This document shows positions 10,701-19,447 of a stretch of DNA of 64,000 bases, piece by piece. The stretch lies in the IMG/VR virus record IMGVR_UViG_3300037485_002668, positions 35,245 to 99,244 of that record. The stretch is one strand, 5' to 3'. The translations under genes and the position numbers were made by a program. Below the pieces are notes generated by a model that saw only the letters and a program-made list of their open reading frames with translations, did no database searches and was not told the DNA's origin. This stretch comes from a virus. Position 1 is the first letter of the stretch. Every line of letters starts with the position of its first letter.

Positions 10701-12904
10701 GGATTGACCATGCCTAATTTTTCATAAAGTTCATTCAGCTTATCGTTAATCTGTTTCTTAGCCGCAATATCATTCCCGTAAGCTGTGTATAACCGTTCAT
10801 AAGTTTGGACTTCCTTTTGAACTTCTGAAGATAATTTTATATTTGATTCTTTTAATAAATCCTGGGTGGAAGTCATCTTTTTTATCGGTTCAACGGTATC
10901 GCCGACTTTAGTTTTCAAATCATTTATTTGCGCCGTCAATTGGTTGTAATCATACGTACCTTTTTGAACCTTGTCACGCGCGACTTCTAAAGTAGTTATT
11001 TTATCCCGTAAAGATTTTTCAGATTGAATACCAGCGTCGGCTAATGCTTTTTCAGCGCCCGTAAGCTGGTCAATTTCCTTTCGCATCGCTTCGGCTTTAT
11101 CGGTAGCTTTTTTCAGGTCGGTAGCAAAAGCGCCTGCATTACCCATGGCCACGCCAAAACCGACTTTCATCGCCCGCAGCCAGGAGTTGCTCGGTTCAAT
11201 TTCCTTTTGAATCTGGTCTTCAATCTCTTTGAGTTGCGTTTTTAGACGTTCCGTTTCGATTTCACGAAACGCCCGTGCAATGCCTGCCAGACTCATTCCA
11301 TACTGGTCAACGTTGATACCAGACTCTTCTAATTTCTTGCGTAAAGCTTCCGTAGTTTCGGTATATGCCGCCGTCCCCTCTTTGGTAGATTCAAGTTTTT
11401 TACCGAGCGCCTCAACCGAATCTACGTTGTCGGAAGTAGCATCGATTTCAGCAAGCATCGCCTGGTATTGACGTTCAAGGGCAGCGCTAAAAATAGCATA
11501 GACCGCGACCACAGCTCCGACTCCAATTGCCAAAGAACCGAGACTTGCACCGGATTTCCCAAGTGCCTCATTTACTGGTGATAGTTTATCTTTTAAGCCA
11601 TCAAAAGCTTCTTTCAACACGTCGACTGTTGCTTTGCCGGTTTCCCATGCTTTTTTAAAAAACTGAATTCCACCGGTTAATGCCACTATACTTCCAACTG
11701 ATATTGCAACTGCTTTTAAGGCTGCGGGATGTTCATTAATAATAGTAAGGGTTTTGTTAATTGCAGGTAAAAATTGACTGCCGAGAGTTATGGCCAGGTC
11801 ATTGACAATTACTTTTAACCGATTGAATTGAGCTGTGGTAGTTGCGCTTCGTACCGCGAATTCAGCGGCTAAAGAGGAATTTTCAGAATAAGAGGTAGCA
11901 CTATCATCTAAAGCTTTTTTGAATAAGTCAACCGATCCGGCACCCTTAAGAAGTGTTTGGCTAAGGCCGGCACCAGTATATCCAAGCTTATCTAAGGCGA
12001 CCATGCTGTCTTTACCCGATGCCTTTAAACCCTCAAGAAAAGTTATAATAGTACCAGCAGCGTCTTTTTCAAATGCTCTTTTAAATTCAGCACCCGTCAT
12101 TGTACCAGCAGCGGATGCCTTGCCGGCAACATTCGCAAGTTCCTCCAACTTGGCGCCGCCTTTGGCTACGGCAAGGGACATATCCATAACCAATTTTGAA
12201 AAAGCGGTGCCGCCTAATTCAGCATTCATCCCCGTACTGGCAAGTGACGCTGAAATTGCCAAAATTTGTTGTTGTGTAATCCCTGCCTGAGCGCCAGCGC
12301 CAGCAAGACGGCCGGCAAAGTTCATGATTTCGCCTTCGCCGGCGGCCGATGCCGCTCCCAACGTATTAACCGCCGATCCGATTCGACTTATTTGTTCCGC
12401 CGCTGACATGCCCGCCGGTGCGACCCCACGGGTAACGTTAACAAACCGCGCCATAGATTCGGAAGCCTCCTCTACGGACATATCGGTAGTTACGCCCAGC
12501 ATGGAAACGGTTTTGGTAAAGCCTAATAAATCCGAATTGGCGATACCTAGCTGACCGCCGATTTCAGCGATCCGGTTTAATTCGTTGACAGAAGTTCCCG
12601 ATTCAATTGCCAGTGAACGCAAACCATCCTGGAGTTTTTGACCGGCATCAGTTAATTTACCGGTGGAATCCCGTACCCCGTCAACTGTTTTAGCGACCCC
12701 AGCGAAAGATTCCTCAAATTTAGCGGCGGCTAAAATACTGCCGGTAATAGCTCCAGCCGTAGCAAGCATAGCCACGTTTAACACGGTATTTAAAGTTTGG
12801 GCGGTTTTGGAAGTATTGTCCTGAACCTTTTTTAATCCAGAAGAAAAAGTATCGGTTCCTTCCAGGCTTATGCGTGCAACGATATCGGTAACGCCACCAA
12901 ACAT
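4700..12904 (-). CDS. Tail tape measure protein (TP901-type core) with ~121-aa internal repeats
   Basis: 2734 aa, Ala/Leu-rich helical; N-terminal FEESFAGVAKT...AELGGTAFSK core; nine LAT(L/M)DPxSxAY-type repeats. Confidence 0.95.
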   Translation of the reverse strand: MFGGVTDIVARISLEGTDTFSSGLKKVQDNTSKTAQTLNTVLNVAMLATAGAITGSILAAAKFEESFAGVAKTVDGVRDSTGKLTDAGQKLQDGLRSLAIESGTSVNELNRIAEIGGQLGIANSDLLGFTKTVSMLGVTTDMSVEEASESMARFVNVTRGVAPAGMSAAEQISRIGSAVNTLGAASAAGEGEIMNFAGRLAGAGAQAGITQQQILAISASLASTGMNAELGGTAFSKLVMDMSLAVAKGGAKLEELANVAGKASAAGTMTGAEFKRAFEKDAAGTIITFLEGLKASGKDSMVALDKLGYTGAGLSQTLLKGAGSVDLFKKALDDSATSYSENSSLAAEFAVRSATTTAQFNRLKVIVNDLAITLGSQFLPAINKTLTIINEHPAALKAVAISVGSIVALTGGIQFFKKAWETGKATVDVLKEAFDGLKDKLSPVNEALGKSGASLGSLAIGVGAVVAVYAIFSAALERQYQAMLAEIDATSDNVDSVEALGKKLESTKEGTAAYTETTEALRKKLEESGINVDQYGMSLAGIARAFREIETERLKTQLKEIEDQIQKEIEPSNSWLRAMKVGFGVAMGNAGAFATDLKKATDKAEAMRKEIDQLTGAEKALADAGIQSEKSLRDKITTLEVARDKVQKGTYDYNQLTAQINDLKTKVGDTVEPIKKMTSTQDLLKESNIKLSSEVQKEVQTYERLYTAYGNDIAAKKQINDKLNELYEKLGMVNPHLSKQELLIKGLSDAGVDLLENNTKQIDKFSALSDQVEKGSGYYDQLTKKIKETIDKVVDTNAPIEKQISQLQDVRSKLVEGSTGYQMVEDRIVSLMEEMDRSNSAIDAQKTGLQMLTDAGIELTSSVREQIANQAALIPVAKELGDAYGEKQLLGNIKSLYEKIGDTKGWEAFVAQAGISQEQVEGLSQKSEKGAKDWTEYAGQIGDVAKKFLGLGDTGSKAVDLLTSTVTGFLKGGLDPVSLGLQAASLLMDVLGGSAEKTGITVNDMKDSLGDLGTQITTLDELVNNLANDFESKLLTSLNNTNQAFLVMVTIGANMKNMGEGFKDLGEKIQKEFTDKLKNNTAELERLTRAFTFDNSFTKATEDLQYLIDVAAKNQEQFGKADWGQKGLADLINENVQGNLRLLATMDPTSDAYKKMTIQVWEAQATMAVLRGEVSSTEQWFENLAIRVEGTGDEMLAANYASERATEGQKTFADSIQESIEKLGGLTTALADAVKSQITDLGSLADKAIEMKNYYGDIKFPQMTADLEAAIAGNQAVLATLDPASQAYKDLADNIFKAQYALAVMNGYQGEFNSWLLANNLQLNNTGEVIEKAKSAQEKFNEAMDAAGVETQASVLKQVQSWTLLAAQLDVNSYEYRQLYDKIGQALSKLVDSNAPIDEQIKQWYALATTMQIGSAEYQVATENINSLIQKLTASDTPLADQIKMLEGVAANLSKDSIEYENVMMAIDQLREKLSQSNVQLTEHQELLKKLSELGIETTDGVMEQINAYSELLPKLQAGSYEYQQVMDKLDGLYGKLLDSSAPLREQISGLEALRDSGVLSGDALVWVTAKLAELNEGMQKQKIAQDAEKMGEEFEKAGRKLLSGDWLSAFEKSQKGMTDLADNAVQLRAKFGDIKFPSMERDLQAAIIDNKGLLATLDPTSVAYRELQDSIWKSEAALAVLRGEVGSIDEYFTKYNITLSTTKTVLDAMANGAEATFAALHELAANFLESIDITGLTSELSSAFDSSRQGLGSLADELLRVKEYFNMPTGEMEQALAQAIADNQALLGTLNPTSQAYRDLQDEIWKAQAALAVARGEVASIDEYLRLHNITLNNTTAAVQTFQEQFVDAFQLGIGLTEELGNQFKDTVKGLGDLADRALEMKKYFGDIEFPQMTADLEAAIANNQALLATLDPTSQAYKDLSDNIYKAQYALAVMNGFQGTLNEWLIANNLALNNAAEPLQTLIDQLLAATAATGGLTAELADAVTSQITGLGSLADKALELKNYYGNIKFPQMTADLEAAIANNQALLATLDPQSQAYRDLADNIYKAQYALAVMNGFQGDFNQWLLNNNLHLNNQAAQIETLADQFKAAVESTTGITAELGAAFDSSLTGLTSMAEEAIRLKKYFGEMPNMTIETDLLNTIQQNQALLATLDPQSQAYRDMADAIMQAQYAVAVLNGYQGTLNEWLLENNLALNNAAEPLQTLVEQLLAATAATGGLTTELADAVTSQITGLGSLAEKALELKNYYGNIQFPQMTADLQAAIADNQALLATLDPQSQAYKDLTDNIYKAQYALAVMNGYQGTLNEWLIANNLQLNSMAADLKNKVEAAITDLNKTIADLEKEKISLEVEFNANREKIEFQIMDIQKSITDKLKEKSLLTHAFEIDRAKITSNVKSLNEILARMGSNTPPNLYEIQKLLEGISGQTHALVINWGEMLDTLFADYDQFSTDFDTATKALDKLTYFKIDFNTTGADEQINAMIFRMQDFLATLDPNSQAYKDMAAQLEELKKKFTDAGGVLDENAAKDAVKQEAIDQIEALKKKLDELYTTYNNKQLEIDLEITEFENQLKKLEDDLNTLIDTYNQKKIEIDLDLTKAYAQLQALMEWLAAANNGTPPPTPPPLHTGGFGYDVTAHTGLIAADEVIAKLKRNEVVIPEGVVSKYPEPNWRQFISTGDPNVFPNAKPATSNVDLNFDVIVHSGDPSAWVEFKKKSERWYRDRSKNITTVTSFGRS

Positions 12905-12931
12905 GCGGATCCTTGTGTCAATAATAAGATA

Positions 12932-13444
12932 TTACGGTAAGCTGAATGGCGGTAACGATGGCGGGGAATCGTTGGCAGCTTGTTTTCTTAAAAGAGCATT
13001 CCACTTTTCAAGTCCCGAATATAACGAACTATGCAAGCGTTTGTGCTGAAGACTTTTCATAATTACCAAATTTTCGGGGTCGTTATTGTTCCTGTCGCCA
13101 TCAATATGATGAACATGTTCGTCGGGTAATAATTTTTTTTGGAAATAATCTTCCGCGACACGGCGATAACCAACCGGGTCGTCACTTTTAATAAAAGTTT
13201 CATCTGAAGACAGAATAAGCCGATAAAAATAATTCTTATCGATTTCATGGTTATTATTGACGGCAGCGCCTATTTTGTTGACAATTTCGATAAACGTTTC
13301 CGGGTCGTCCCGAAAGTCGATATAAAAACGGCAATCATCGGCAGCAATAATCTTTGAAGCTTCGTCGGCAATGTCTGGTAAATTGAAAGCCGGATTAGTT
13401 TCAAAGATGTTAAAATCGATATTCGGTAATTCCAAATCAGTCAT
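12932..13444 (-). CDS. HNH endonuclease (HNH_3-like)
   Basis: EHVHHIDGDRNNNDPENLVIMKSLQHKRLH motif. Confidence 0.85.
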   Translation of the reverse strand: MTDLELPNIDFNIFETNPAFNLPDIADEASKIIAADDCRFYIDFRDDPETFIEIVNKIGAAVNNNHEIDKNYFYRLILSSDETFIKSDDPVGYRRVAEDYFQKKLLPDEHVHHIDGDRNNNDPENLVIMKSLQHKRLHSSLYSGLEKWNALLRKQAANDSPPSLPPFSLP

Positions 13445-13450
13445 TTTTTG

Positions 13451-13487
13451 TCTGTCAATCAGTTAACCCCGCGGGCGAGCCGCGGGG
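13451..13487 (-). repeat. 37-bp junction element, copy 4
   Basis: TCTGTCAATCAG-TTAA-CCCCGCGG-GCGAG-CCGCGGGG. Confidence 0.95.
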
Positions 13488-13490
13488 GGA

Positions 13491-13871
13491 TCAGGTTACT
13501 TTGAAATTCGGGGGGACTTCGTGCCAGACCGTGTTATCCTGGGGAAGTCCTGTGGAACGATTTTCGTCCTGAAATTGGATTAAGGGGGGAGGATTGCGCA
13601 CGCCCTGGAGGTGCGCCATGCGAGCACCGAGCGCGTTCACGTAGTTCGCAAACAGTTTCGGATAATGTTTCAGCAACGTATCCAGCAACGATTCAAACAT
13701 CAATTCCGAAGGGTTGCGATTGGGTAACGCATTGATCATAAATTCACGGCGCAGCGGGTCGGCTAAATCACGGTCCAGGTCGGGATCAAACATCCCCTTA
13801 TAATGCCAACGCTGAGCGGCCAAATCGCGCAGAATTATTTCGTCGCGTTCGGTTCCGCTGAAGAGTTTTTT
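13491..13871 (-). CDS. Tail assembly chaperone, -1 frame extension (gpT-like)
   Basis: Overlaps the chaperone 3' end in the -1 frame at A AAA AAC. Confidence 0.7.
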   Translation of the reverse strand, partial: KKLFSGTERDEIILRDLAAQRWHYKGMFDPDLDRDLADPLRREFMINALPNRNPSELMFESLLDTLLKHYPKLFANYVNALGARMAHLQGVRNPPPLIQFQDENRSTGLPQDNTVWHEVPPNFKVT

Positions 13872-14392
13872 ATTGCGTCCTTTTTCGCCTGGTATAAATC
13901 CCAAAGCTTGGTATATTGCGACAGCAATAAATTACTCAATTCCATATCGGTTTTAACCCAGGCTTCCACCTCGGCCAAATCCTGGCGGCTGGGGAATAAC
14001 GGCTGGTCTTCCATGGTTTTCAAAAAACGGGGAATAATTTTCTGCATGGAAACCAACATCGACATATTTTCCGCGATTTGTTCCGCCCGATTTACGGGCT
14101 TGGACTTTTCCATATTCTCACGGGATTTTGCATCCGTGATGCGTTCGAGCCGTTGCCGCCATTCCTTTTCATTCACCGGCACGTCTTCGAAACCCTCGGC
14201 GCAGGCCAGGGCGTATTCACGTTCCCGAACATAGGTTTGTTCGCGTAAAATGTCGGTCATATCCAGACCTGAAATTTTGACCGGCACGGATTTATCGTTA
14301 CCCGATTCATCTTTACCGAGCGGCCAGTCGAAAATAACTTCAATTTTTTTTTGTTGCTGCGCGTCGCGAATTAATTGCAGGGTGGTACTCAT
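13835..14392 (-). CDS. Tail assembly chaperone (gpG-like)
   Basis: Between major tail and TMP genes; slippery site near its end. Confidence 0.75.
   Translation of the reverse strand: MSTTLQLIRDAQQQKKIEVIFDWPLGKDESGNDKSVPVKISGLDMTDILREQTYVREREYALACAEGFEDVPVNEKEWRQRLERITDAKSRENMEKSKPVNRAEQIAENMSMLVSMQKIIPRFLKTMEDQPLFPSRQDLAEVEAWVKTDMELSNLLLSQYTKLWDLYQAKKDAIKNSSAEPNATK
13865..13871 (-). other. Programmed -1 frameshift slippery heptamer A AAA AAC
   Basis: ATA AAA AAC TCT (IKNS) shifts to ATA AAA AAA CTC TTC (IKKLF), matching the downstream ORF. Confidence 0.7.
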
Positions 14393-14748
14393 GATACAGT
14401 TTCCTTTGGTTTGGGGGTGTCTTGTTTTTCAGTTGTTTCTGGTTCATGTTTTGGCGTTTGGCCAGTGGGTTTAATTTCATTTCTGGCGATACTGAGCATT
14501 TTGTTACGATAGTACTGATAATTCAGCTCAAAAATAGCGAAGGCGGCTTCTTTGATAGGAGTGCCATCCTTAGCAGTCAAAATAATATGCAATTGAGACT
14601 CGGTAGGCAAAGAAGCGCCTTCGTATAATGCAATCGCCGTCCCTTTATGGTCGCGCGTAAACGAAGTAGGCTCAATTCCCAGCAGCGTTTTCACCGCGGC
14701 GATATAATGGAAATCGGTTTCGGGAATACTATTTTTTCCGTAATTCAT
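14389..14748 (-). CDS. Hypothetical protein
   Basis: ORF in tail operon, ATGA overlap with the chaperone gene. Confidence 0.6.
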   Translation of the reverse strand: MNYGKNSIPETDFHYIAAVKTLLGIEPTSFTRDHKGTAIALYEGASLPTESQLHIILTAKDGTPIKEAAFAIFELNYQYYRNKMLSIARNEIKPTGQTPKHEPETTEKQDTPKPKETVS

Positions 14749-14789
14749 TTTTTTTGCTTTCTGTTTGTTTTTAAAAAGTCAGTTAGTTT

Positions 14790-15578
14790 TTAGGTATGCA
14801 GTTTCGGATAAAATACCTGCACTTCAGACGCGGCTTCGGGGGCGGTGGTAATGGTTAAAGTCGTGCCTGTTACCGAAGCGCCTGATTTAATAAAGGTACC
14901 GGTATCTTCCGTGCTTAATTTTTTCTTCAGACTGGCCAGCTTGGTATAATCGAACTGGGTATTATACAGCGCGGCGCTAACGCAAGCCACCGGGGTGGAA
15001 CTTAAGGTAAACGTGGTGGTGCTGCCAGAACCCGTGTATTTATCGTAAACCATTTCATAACCGGTCTTTAAAATCCAGGGTTTGGATTCGGTATAGAATG
15101 GAATTACGAAATCGGCGGTATCCAGCGGATGATCCACGGCCGGGGATTGAATGACCAGGTCTTCAAAAACCACCGTGTATAAATGGGTCAGGTTGTCGAA
15201 ATCCCGAACGATACATTCCAGGTGGATTTGCGGTAATTCATTATCGACCAGGAGGTTCAGACCGTAAGTGGTGGAAGTGCTAATGCCGAATAACTGCGCC
15301 AGCACGTCCAGCGACTTGCCTTGGTAACAGGTAAACGAACCCGTCCACAAGGGACCGCGTTTGTAACGTCGGGAACGGTCGCCGCCGCCCTGGTGGAACA
15401 ATTGGGCTTCGGACTGAAATGACGGGGCGCCGATATTGATATTCAGGATATAGCTCAAATTCGTCCAGACGACCGGGGCCAGCACGGACGCCTCCACGCG
15501 GACAAAGCGGTTTAACGTAAATTTATGACTTGGCTGTGCCGATTGTGGGACAATCGATAATTGATCAGTAGTTGCCAT
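14790..15578 (-). CDS. Major tail (tube) protein
   Basis: Synteny; Thr/Ser-rich beta protein with a small C-terminal Ig-like domain. Confidence 0.7.
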   Translation of the reverse strand: MATTDQLSIVPQSAQPSHKFTLNRFVRVEASVLAPVVWTNLSYILNINIGAPSFQSEAQLFHQGGGDRSRRYKRGPLWTGSFTCYQGKSLDVLAQLFGISTSTTYGLNLLVDNELPQIHLECIVRDFDNLTHLYTVVFEDLVIQSPAVDHPLDTADFVIPFYTESKPWILKTGYEMVYDKYTGSGSTTTFTLSSTPVACVSAALYNTQFDYTKLASLKKKLSTEDTGTFIKSGASVTGTTLTITTAPEAASEVQVFYPKLHT

Positions 15579-15590
15579 TTAAAAATTCTC

Positions 15591-16079
15591 CTAAGTTAAG
15601 AGATTGAGATCAAATTCAAGGCGGAACTGTTTGGTAGTTGAATCTTTGGTAATCCAGCGCGGGCCGGTCAAATTTTGCATCCGAATCCCTTGCGCAATCA
15701 AAGACGTATTGGTATAAGCAGTTCCGTAGTAATTTATATTGTATTTTATGCCATATAATGTTTGTGGATTGGTAAATGTCGTAATAATTGAATTTGAAAT
15801 CATGGCAATTTCGTTAATACCGCCACATTTATTTTCGTCCCAGCAACCCAGCGTGACCGACCACCAATGACCGGCCAGGCCCGCCTGATTTTCACGGGCC
15901 GCGCCCATGCGATAGGGCGGTTCGATATAAATTAACGGTTTCGCAATGGAAAAATATTGCGTTTCCGGGTAACCTTCAATCGGTTGCCAGCGTGACCAGG
16001 GGGCAGACGCGGTTAACTTTTCAAACAGCCGCAGCAGGTTCAACTGGGTATCGAGAATTTCATAACCGGAACGAATCAT
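15591..16079 (-). CDS. Putative tail terminator / neck protein
   Basis: Synteny and size. Confidence 0.5.
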   Translation of the reverse strand: MIRSGYEILDTQLNLLRLFEKLTASAPWSRWQPIEGYPETQYFSIAKPLIYIEPPYRMGAARENQAGLAGHWWSVTLGCWDENKCGGINEIAMISNSIITTFTNPQTLYGIKYNINYYGTAYTNTSLIAQGIRMQNLTGPRWITKDSTTKQFRLEFDLNLLT

Positions 16080-16528
16080 GGATTAGCCCCTGGGTTAACG
16101 GGCTGACCCTGGAAAATTTTGTTCAGCGTATTGGTCCAGGTCGTCAGCACGTGATCCTTTACATCCCGGACTGAGTCGACAATAAAACGACGCGGCTGAA
16201 TGCCTTTCAAGCCTTCGTGAACATCGACATTATGCGGCGCAATGCTCCCCTTACTGGACACTGTCCATTCCGAGGCACTGATACGCTCCTTTTTAATCGA
16301 ATTCACCAACATGAAACGGCGGCGGGGGATTGGAATTTGGCCAATCCGGGGATCATCCCGGCCCGACACTTTCGGATCAATTGCGGGGCCGGTGACGAAT
16401 TGCAGGACTTTATCCTTGACCACCTGAGCGCCCCAATTGACCAAAGACGCCTGGACGACGGGCAAATTTTTCCGTAACAAGTCCAGACGTTCCTGCCATG
16501 AGCGGGTATCAAAAGACGGGTCAGGCAT
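16076..16528 (-). CDS. Neck protein, HK97 gp10-like
   Basis: R..LVNSI...APHNVDVHEG..GIQPRRFI motif and synteny. Confidence 0.6.
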   Translation of the reverse strand: MPDPSFDTRSWQERLDLLRKNLPVVQASLVNWGAQVVKDKVLQFVTGPAIDPKVSGRDDPRIGQIPIPRRRFMLVNSIKKERISASEWTVSSKGSIAPHNVDVHEGLKGIQPRRFIVDSVRDVKDHVLTTWTNTLNKIFQGQPVNPGANP

Positions 16529-17030
16529 ATTTAATCATTCCTACAATTTGGGCGGCTAACGAATTGGCGAGACGCAAGTCCAACACTCTTTTGATACGAT
16601 AATTGGAACTATTGTACGCCACGTAAACCGTCCGTTCGTCATCCACATAACCAGACAGATCTACAAACACGCCGCTGGTATTACATGTGCCATTTAAAAT
16701 CAATTCATATTTTAGAAATTCACCAATCGATTCCTGCTTGTACAAAAAATTACTGATCATCGATTTTTCGTAAACAGAAATTGCGGGGTCATGAAAAAAT
16801 GCTTTAATGGCGGTGGTGGTAGTCGTGGCGGCAATTTTCCCCGTGCCCAGGCAATCTTCAGCCAACGGAAACAGGCGATGATATTCCGGGTCGTAACGGG
16901 GAAAACTGGTGTTCTGACTGCGGTACGTCATGCAAGGGCAGGTCGTACCGGTTTTTACCACCAGATTTGCGCTGGCGCCGTAGTTCAATAAAAATTCGAT
17001 CCATCGGGTTTGCATGGTGATTACGCCCAC
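16521..17030 (-). CDS. Putative head closure / head-tail adaptor
   Basis: Synteny; CPC...CLGTG motif. Confidence 0.5.
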   Translation of the reverse strand: MGVITMQTRWIEFLLNYGASANLVVKTGTTCPCMTYRSQNTSFPRYDPEYHRLFPLAEDCLGTGKIAATTTTTAIKAFFHDPAISVYEKSMISNFLYKQESIGEFLKYELILNGTCNTSGVFVDLSGYVDDERTVYVAYNSSNYRIKRVLDLRLANSLAAQIVGMIKYA

Positions 17031-17488
17031 AACGAATAATTGGTGGTGGAATAATCGATTTGAGTCGAATCATAACCATCGGGTTCGTAATCACTGCCGC
17101 CCGAAAACGAAATATAACAACGGGAAAGCTTTACCCCGGCGGCGGATAAATCGTCTAAAATTTCCTTTTCAATCTCTTCGATTAAAGCTACGCGATCCTT
17201 CACGGAGACGGTAATCGGATTGAACGGACCAATTAAAAACAGACTTTCTTCGGGCGCATACGCCAACACACGCGCGGCGCAGATACCAATTTCCGCGGCG
17301 TCAATTAAAACCTGCTGATACGCGGCGAGACTGGCGTAAGTTACCGAACCACGCGCGAGCCAGGAATCCGTCTTGGCCTCAGCGTAGGGGATATATGCCT
17401 TTGAATTCAGCGTGGTATCATCGAGCTGCGTGGTGTTCAGCTTGCGTAATCGCTGCCGAACTTCCGTCGGGGTAATGCGATAAGCCAT
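17021..17488 (-). CDS. Putative head-tail connector
   Basis: ITPTEVR...LDD...AEA pattern; synteny after the capsid gene. Confidence 0.55.
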   Translation of the reverse strand: MAYRITPTEVRQRLRKLNTTQLDDTTLNSKAYIPYAEAKTDSWLARGSVTYASLAAYQQVLIDAAEIGICAARVLAYAPEESLFLIGPFNPITVSVKDRVALIEEIEKEILDDLSAAGVKLSRCYISFSGGSDYEPDGYDSTQIDYSTTNYSLWA

Positions 17489-17790
17489 TACACTTCATTC
17501 TCTAAATTTTCAGTTTGTTTCCGACCGCGGCCAGGCTTGACGGGGGGACTCGTGGTATTAGGCATCCCGGCCAGCGATTCCGTGATGGATTGAAGCTCAT
17601 CATTTTCCGCATAGCGCAGGATTTTGGCCACGATTAACCCATTCCAGAACTGAGTGGCCGGGACTTCATAAACCCGTTTCGGATTTTCCTTAAATTGTTT
17701 TTCGGAAATATCCAGCACAAATTCATTTTCAACATCGTAGCGGAACGTCCATTCCAACGCCACAACGCGCATTTTCGTAGGTGTTTTCAT
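17488..17790 (-). CDS. Hypothetical protein
   Basis: ORF downstream of the capsid gene. Confidence 0.6.
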   Translation of the reverse strand: MKTPTKMRVVALEWTFRYDVENEFVLDISEKQFKENPKRVYEVPATQFWNGLIVAKILRYAENDELQSITESLAGMPNTTSPPVKPGRGRKQTENLENEV

Positions 17791-17819
17791 AAAAAACCTT
17801 TTTTTTTAGTGTTAAAATA

Positions 17820-17849
17820 AAGTTAAAATAAATGCGGGCCGGAGCCCGC
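17820..17849 (-). terminator. Probable intrinsic terminator after the major capsid gene
   Basis: GCGGGC-TCCG-GCCCGC followed by ATTTATTTT on the minus strand. Confidence 0.55.
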
Positions 17850-17857
17850 GGATTCGA

Positions 17858-18955
17858 TTAACTATGGGTATCCAGACAGCTTAGGCCGTTTTTATCGATC
17901 ACGTGCATGGCAACGCGTTTCGAAATCACATAGCGTTCCTTTTGCTTTTCGATAATCCGATCAGTTTCGGTTAACAGCATGTTGTCGTTGGTGACATACC
18001 CTAACGCTTCGTCATCGGTGCCGAAAATACGGTCGGACGTCACGGTCGAGGTATCCCATTCGTAAAACGTGGGTAACTGAATACTGGTAAAGCCCCACTG
18101 TACGGGTGGATTGTTCATTTTAACAAAAGCCGTCCACCAGAGTACGCCCATGGCTTTCACGCCCAGACAGTTGCTGACGATATACGGTTTCGGCGGCTTC
18201 GTGGCAAATTCCACAATATCGCCTTCCACGATAATATCATTAGTGGCTACCGTAGCCGTGTTCCCAGCAGGGAGGCCGTTGCTATTGGCAGTATTGTCAC
18301 CATTGATAATCATGTAAACCATATTATCGGTTTCGGTAATCGCGATTTGCTGACCCACGCGCTGCAATACAGTGGCAACTAATGGTAACGGAACGTCTTT
18401 AATTTCTTCATAATTGAACAGAAATTGTTTACCGTATTTTTGCAAATTGACGGTCTGTTCGCTGACGGCCATGGTCACTGAGGGGAATTCCCCACCCGCG
18501 CCAACCACCGCGAACGTCCGCTGCGCTTCGGTGTCATCCAGGTAAACCTTTTTGTAAGACATACCTTTGATGACAGTATAATTTTTAATAAAAACCTGGG
18601 TCAAGCCCATTTTCATCGCGCCGGCGTAAACCTGCAACGACACATATTCCGCGAACAGGGTCGTGGTGGCGGAGGTGGAGAAAAACTTTTCCACCGGGTC
18701 GGCATAATTTCCAAACGCGTTGACGCCGTAATATTTAATAATTTCTTCAATCGCCGTATCAGGTACGGGCTGATTCGATTTACGCAACTGATGTTTCAAT
18801 TGATAAATTTCAAAGTTTGACTTTTGAGAATACAAAGATGGGCCGATGGCCTTTTCACGTTGATTCTCCAGCCAAACACGCAGGGGGTAGCCTTCCATTG
18901 CGGCTTGGGTATAGACCCCTTTATCGAGGTTGAGAGATTTAATCCAATCTGACAT
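17858..18955 (-). CDS. Major capsid protein (HK97 fold)
   Basis: 365 aa; VGAGGEFP...V.LQKYG..F.FNYE motif; synteny. Confidence 0.85.
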   Translation of the reverse strand: MSDWIKSLNLDKGVYTQAAMEGYPLRVWLENQREKAIGPSLYSQKSNFEIYQLKHQLRKSNQPVPDTAIEEIIKYYGVNAFGNYADPVEKFFSTSATTTLFAEYVSLQVYAGAMKMGLTQVFIKNYTVIKGMSYKKVYLDDTEAQRTFAVVGAGGEFPSVTMAVSEQTVNLQKYGKQFLFNYEEIKDVPLPLVATVLQRVGQQIAITETDNMVYMIINGDNTANSNGLPAGNTATVATNDIIVEGDIVEFATKPPKPYIVSNCLGVKAMGVLWWTAFVKMNNPPVQWGFTSIQLPTFYEWDTSTVTSDRIFGTDDEALGYVTNDNMLLTETDRIIEKQKERYVISKRVAMHVIDKNGLSCLDTHS

Positions 18956-18979
18956 GGTAATTTATTCCTTTCAAAAAGA

Positions 18980-19438
18980 TTAGATAATAATGTGAACGTA
19001 ATTAGTGGGCTCATCTTTGGCGATAACCGCGCCGGGGTTGCCGGACGTACCGCATTCCACATACATATAAGTGGAGCCATTTACCTGGAACGGGTCTTTC
19101 AGAACAATCGTACCGCCGGTATAGGGCAGGCACAGAATGCGGGTACAGGGACGCCAGTTGCTGGCTTTATCGGTATACCCCCAGAGATCGACCGTGAAAC
19201 GATAAGTATGATAATTGTCCTCTTCCACGTTAGTGATAATACCGTCCGGGACTGTATCATTCGGACAGTCGCTGATTTCCCAGTTGGTCGCATAGGTTAA
19301 TTTAATTAATTTTGAATGCTTGACCAGCGTTTTGGCAGCAATCAGCGCGGCGACTTTCGTATTCAAATCCGAGTCGCCATAAGCGGTAATTTCGAGCGAT
19401 TGACCAAACCAGCCATTCGCGCCGATATTTTCGGGCAT
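18980..19438 (-). CDS. Putative head decoration protein
   Basis: Between scaffold and capsid genes. Confidence 0.5.
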   Translation of the reverse strand: MPENIGANGWFGQSLEITAYGDSDLNTKVAALIAAKTLVKHSKLIKLTYATNWEISDCPNDTVPDGIITNVEEDNYHTYRFTVDLWGYTDKASNWRPCTRILCLPYTGGTIVLKDPFQVNGSTYMYVECGTSGNPGAVIAKDEPTNYVHIII

Positions 19439-19447
19439 GTTGCCTCC

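Noticed and set aside
5253-12554. Plus-strand ORFs inside the tape measure gene and similar short antisense ORFs elsewhere
   Set aside because: Shadow frames of long minus-strand genes, with no RBS or recognisable motifs.
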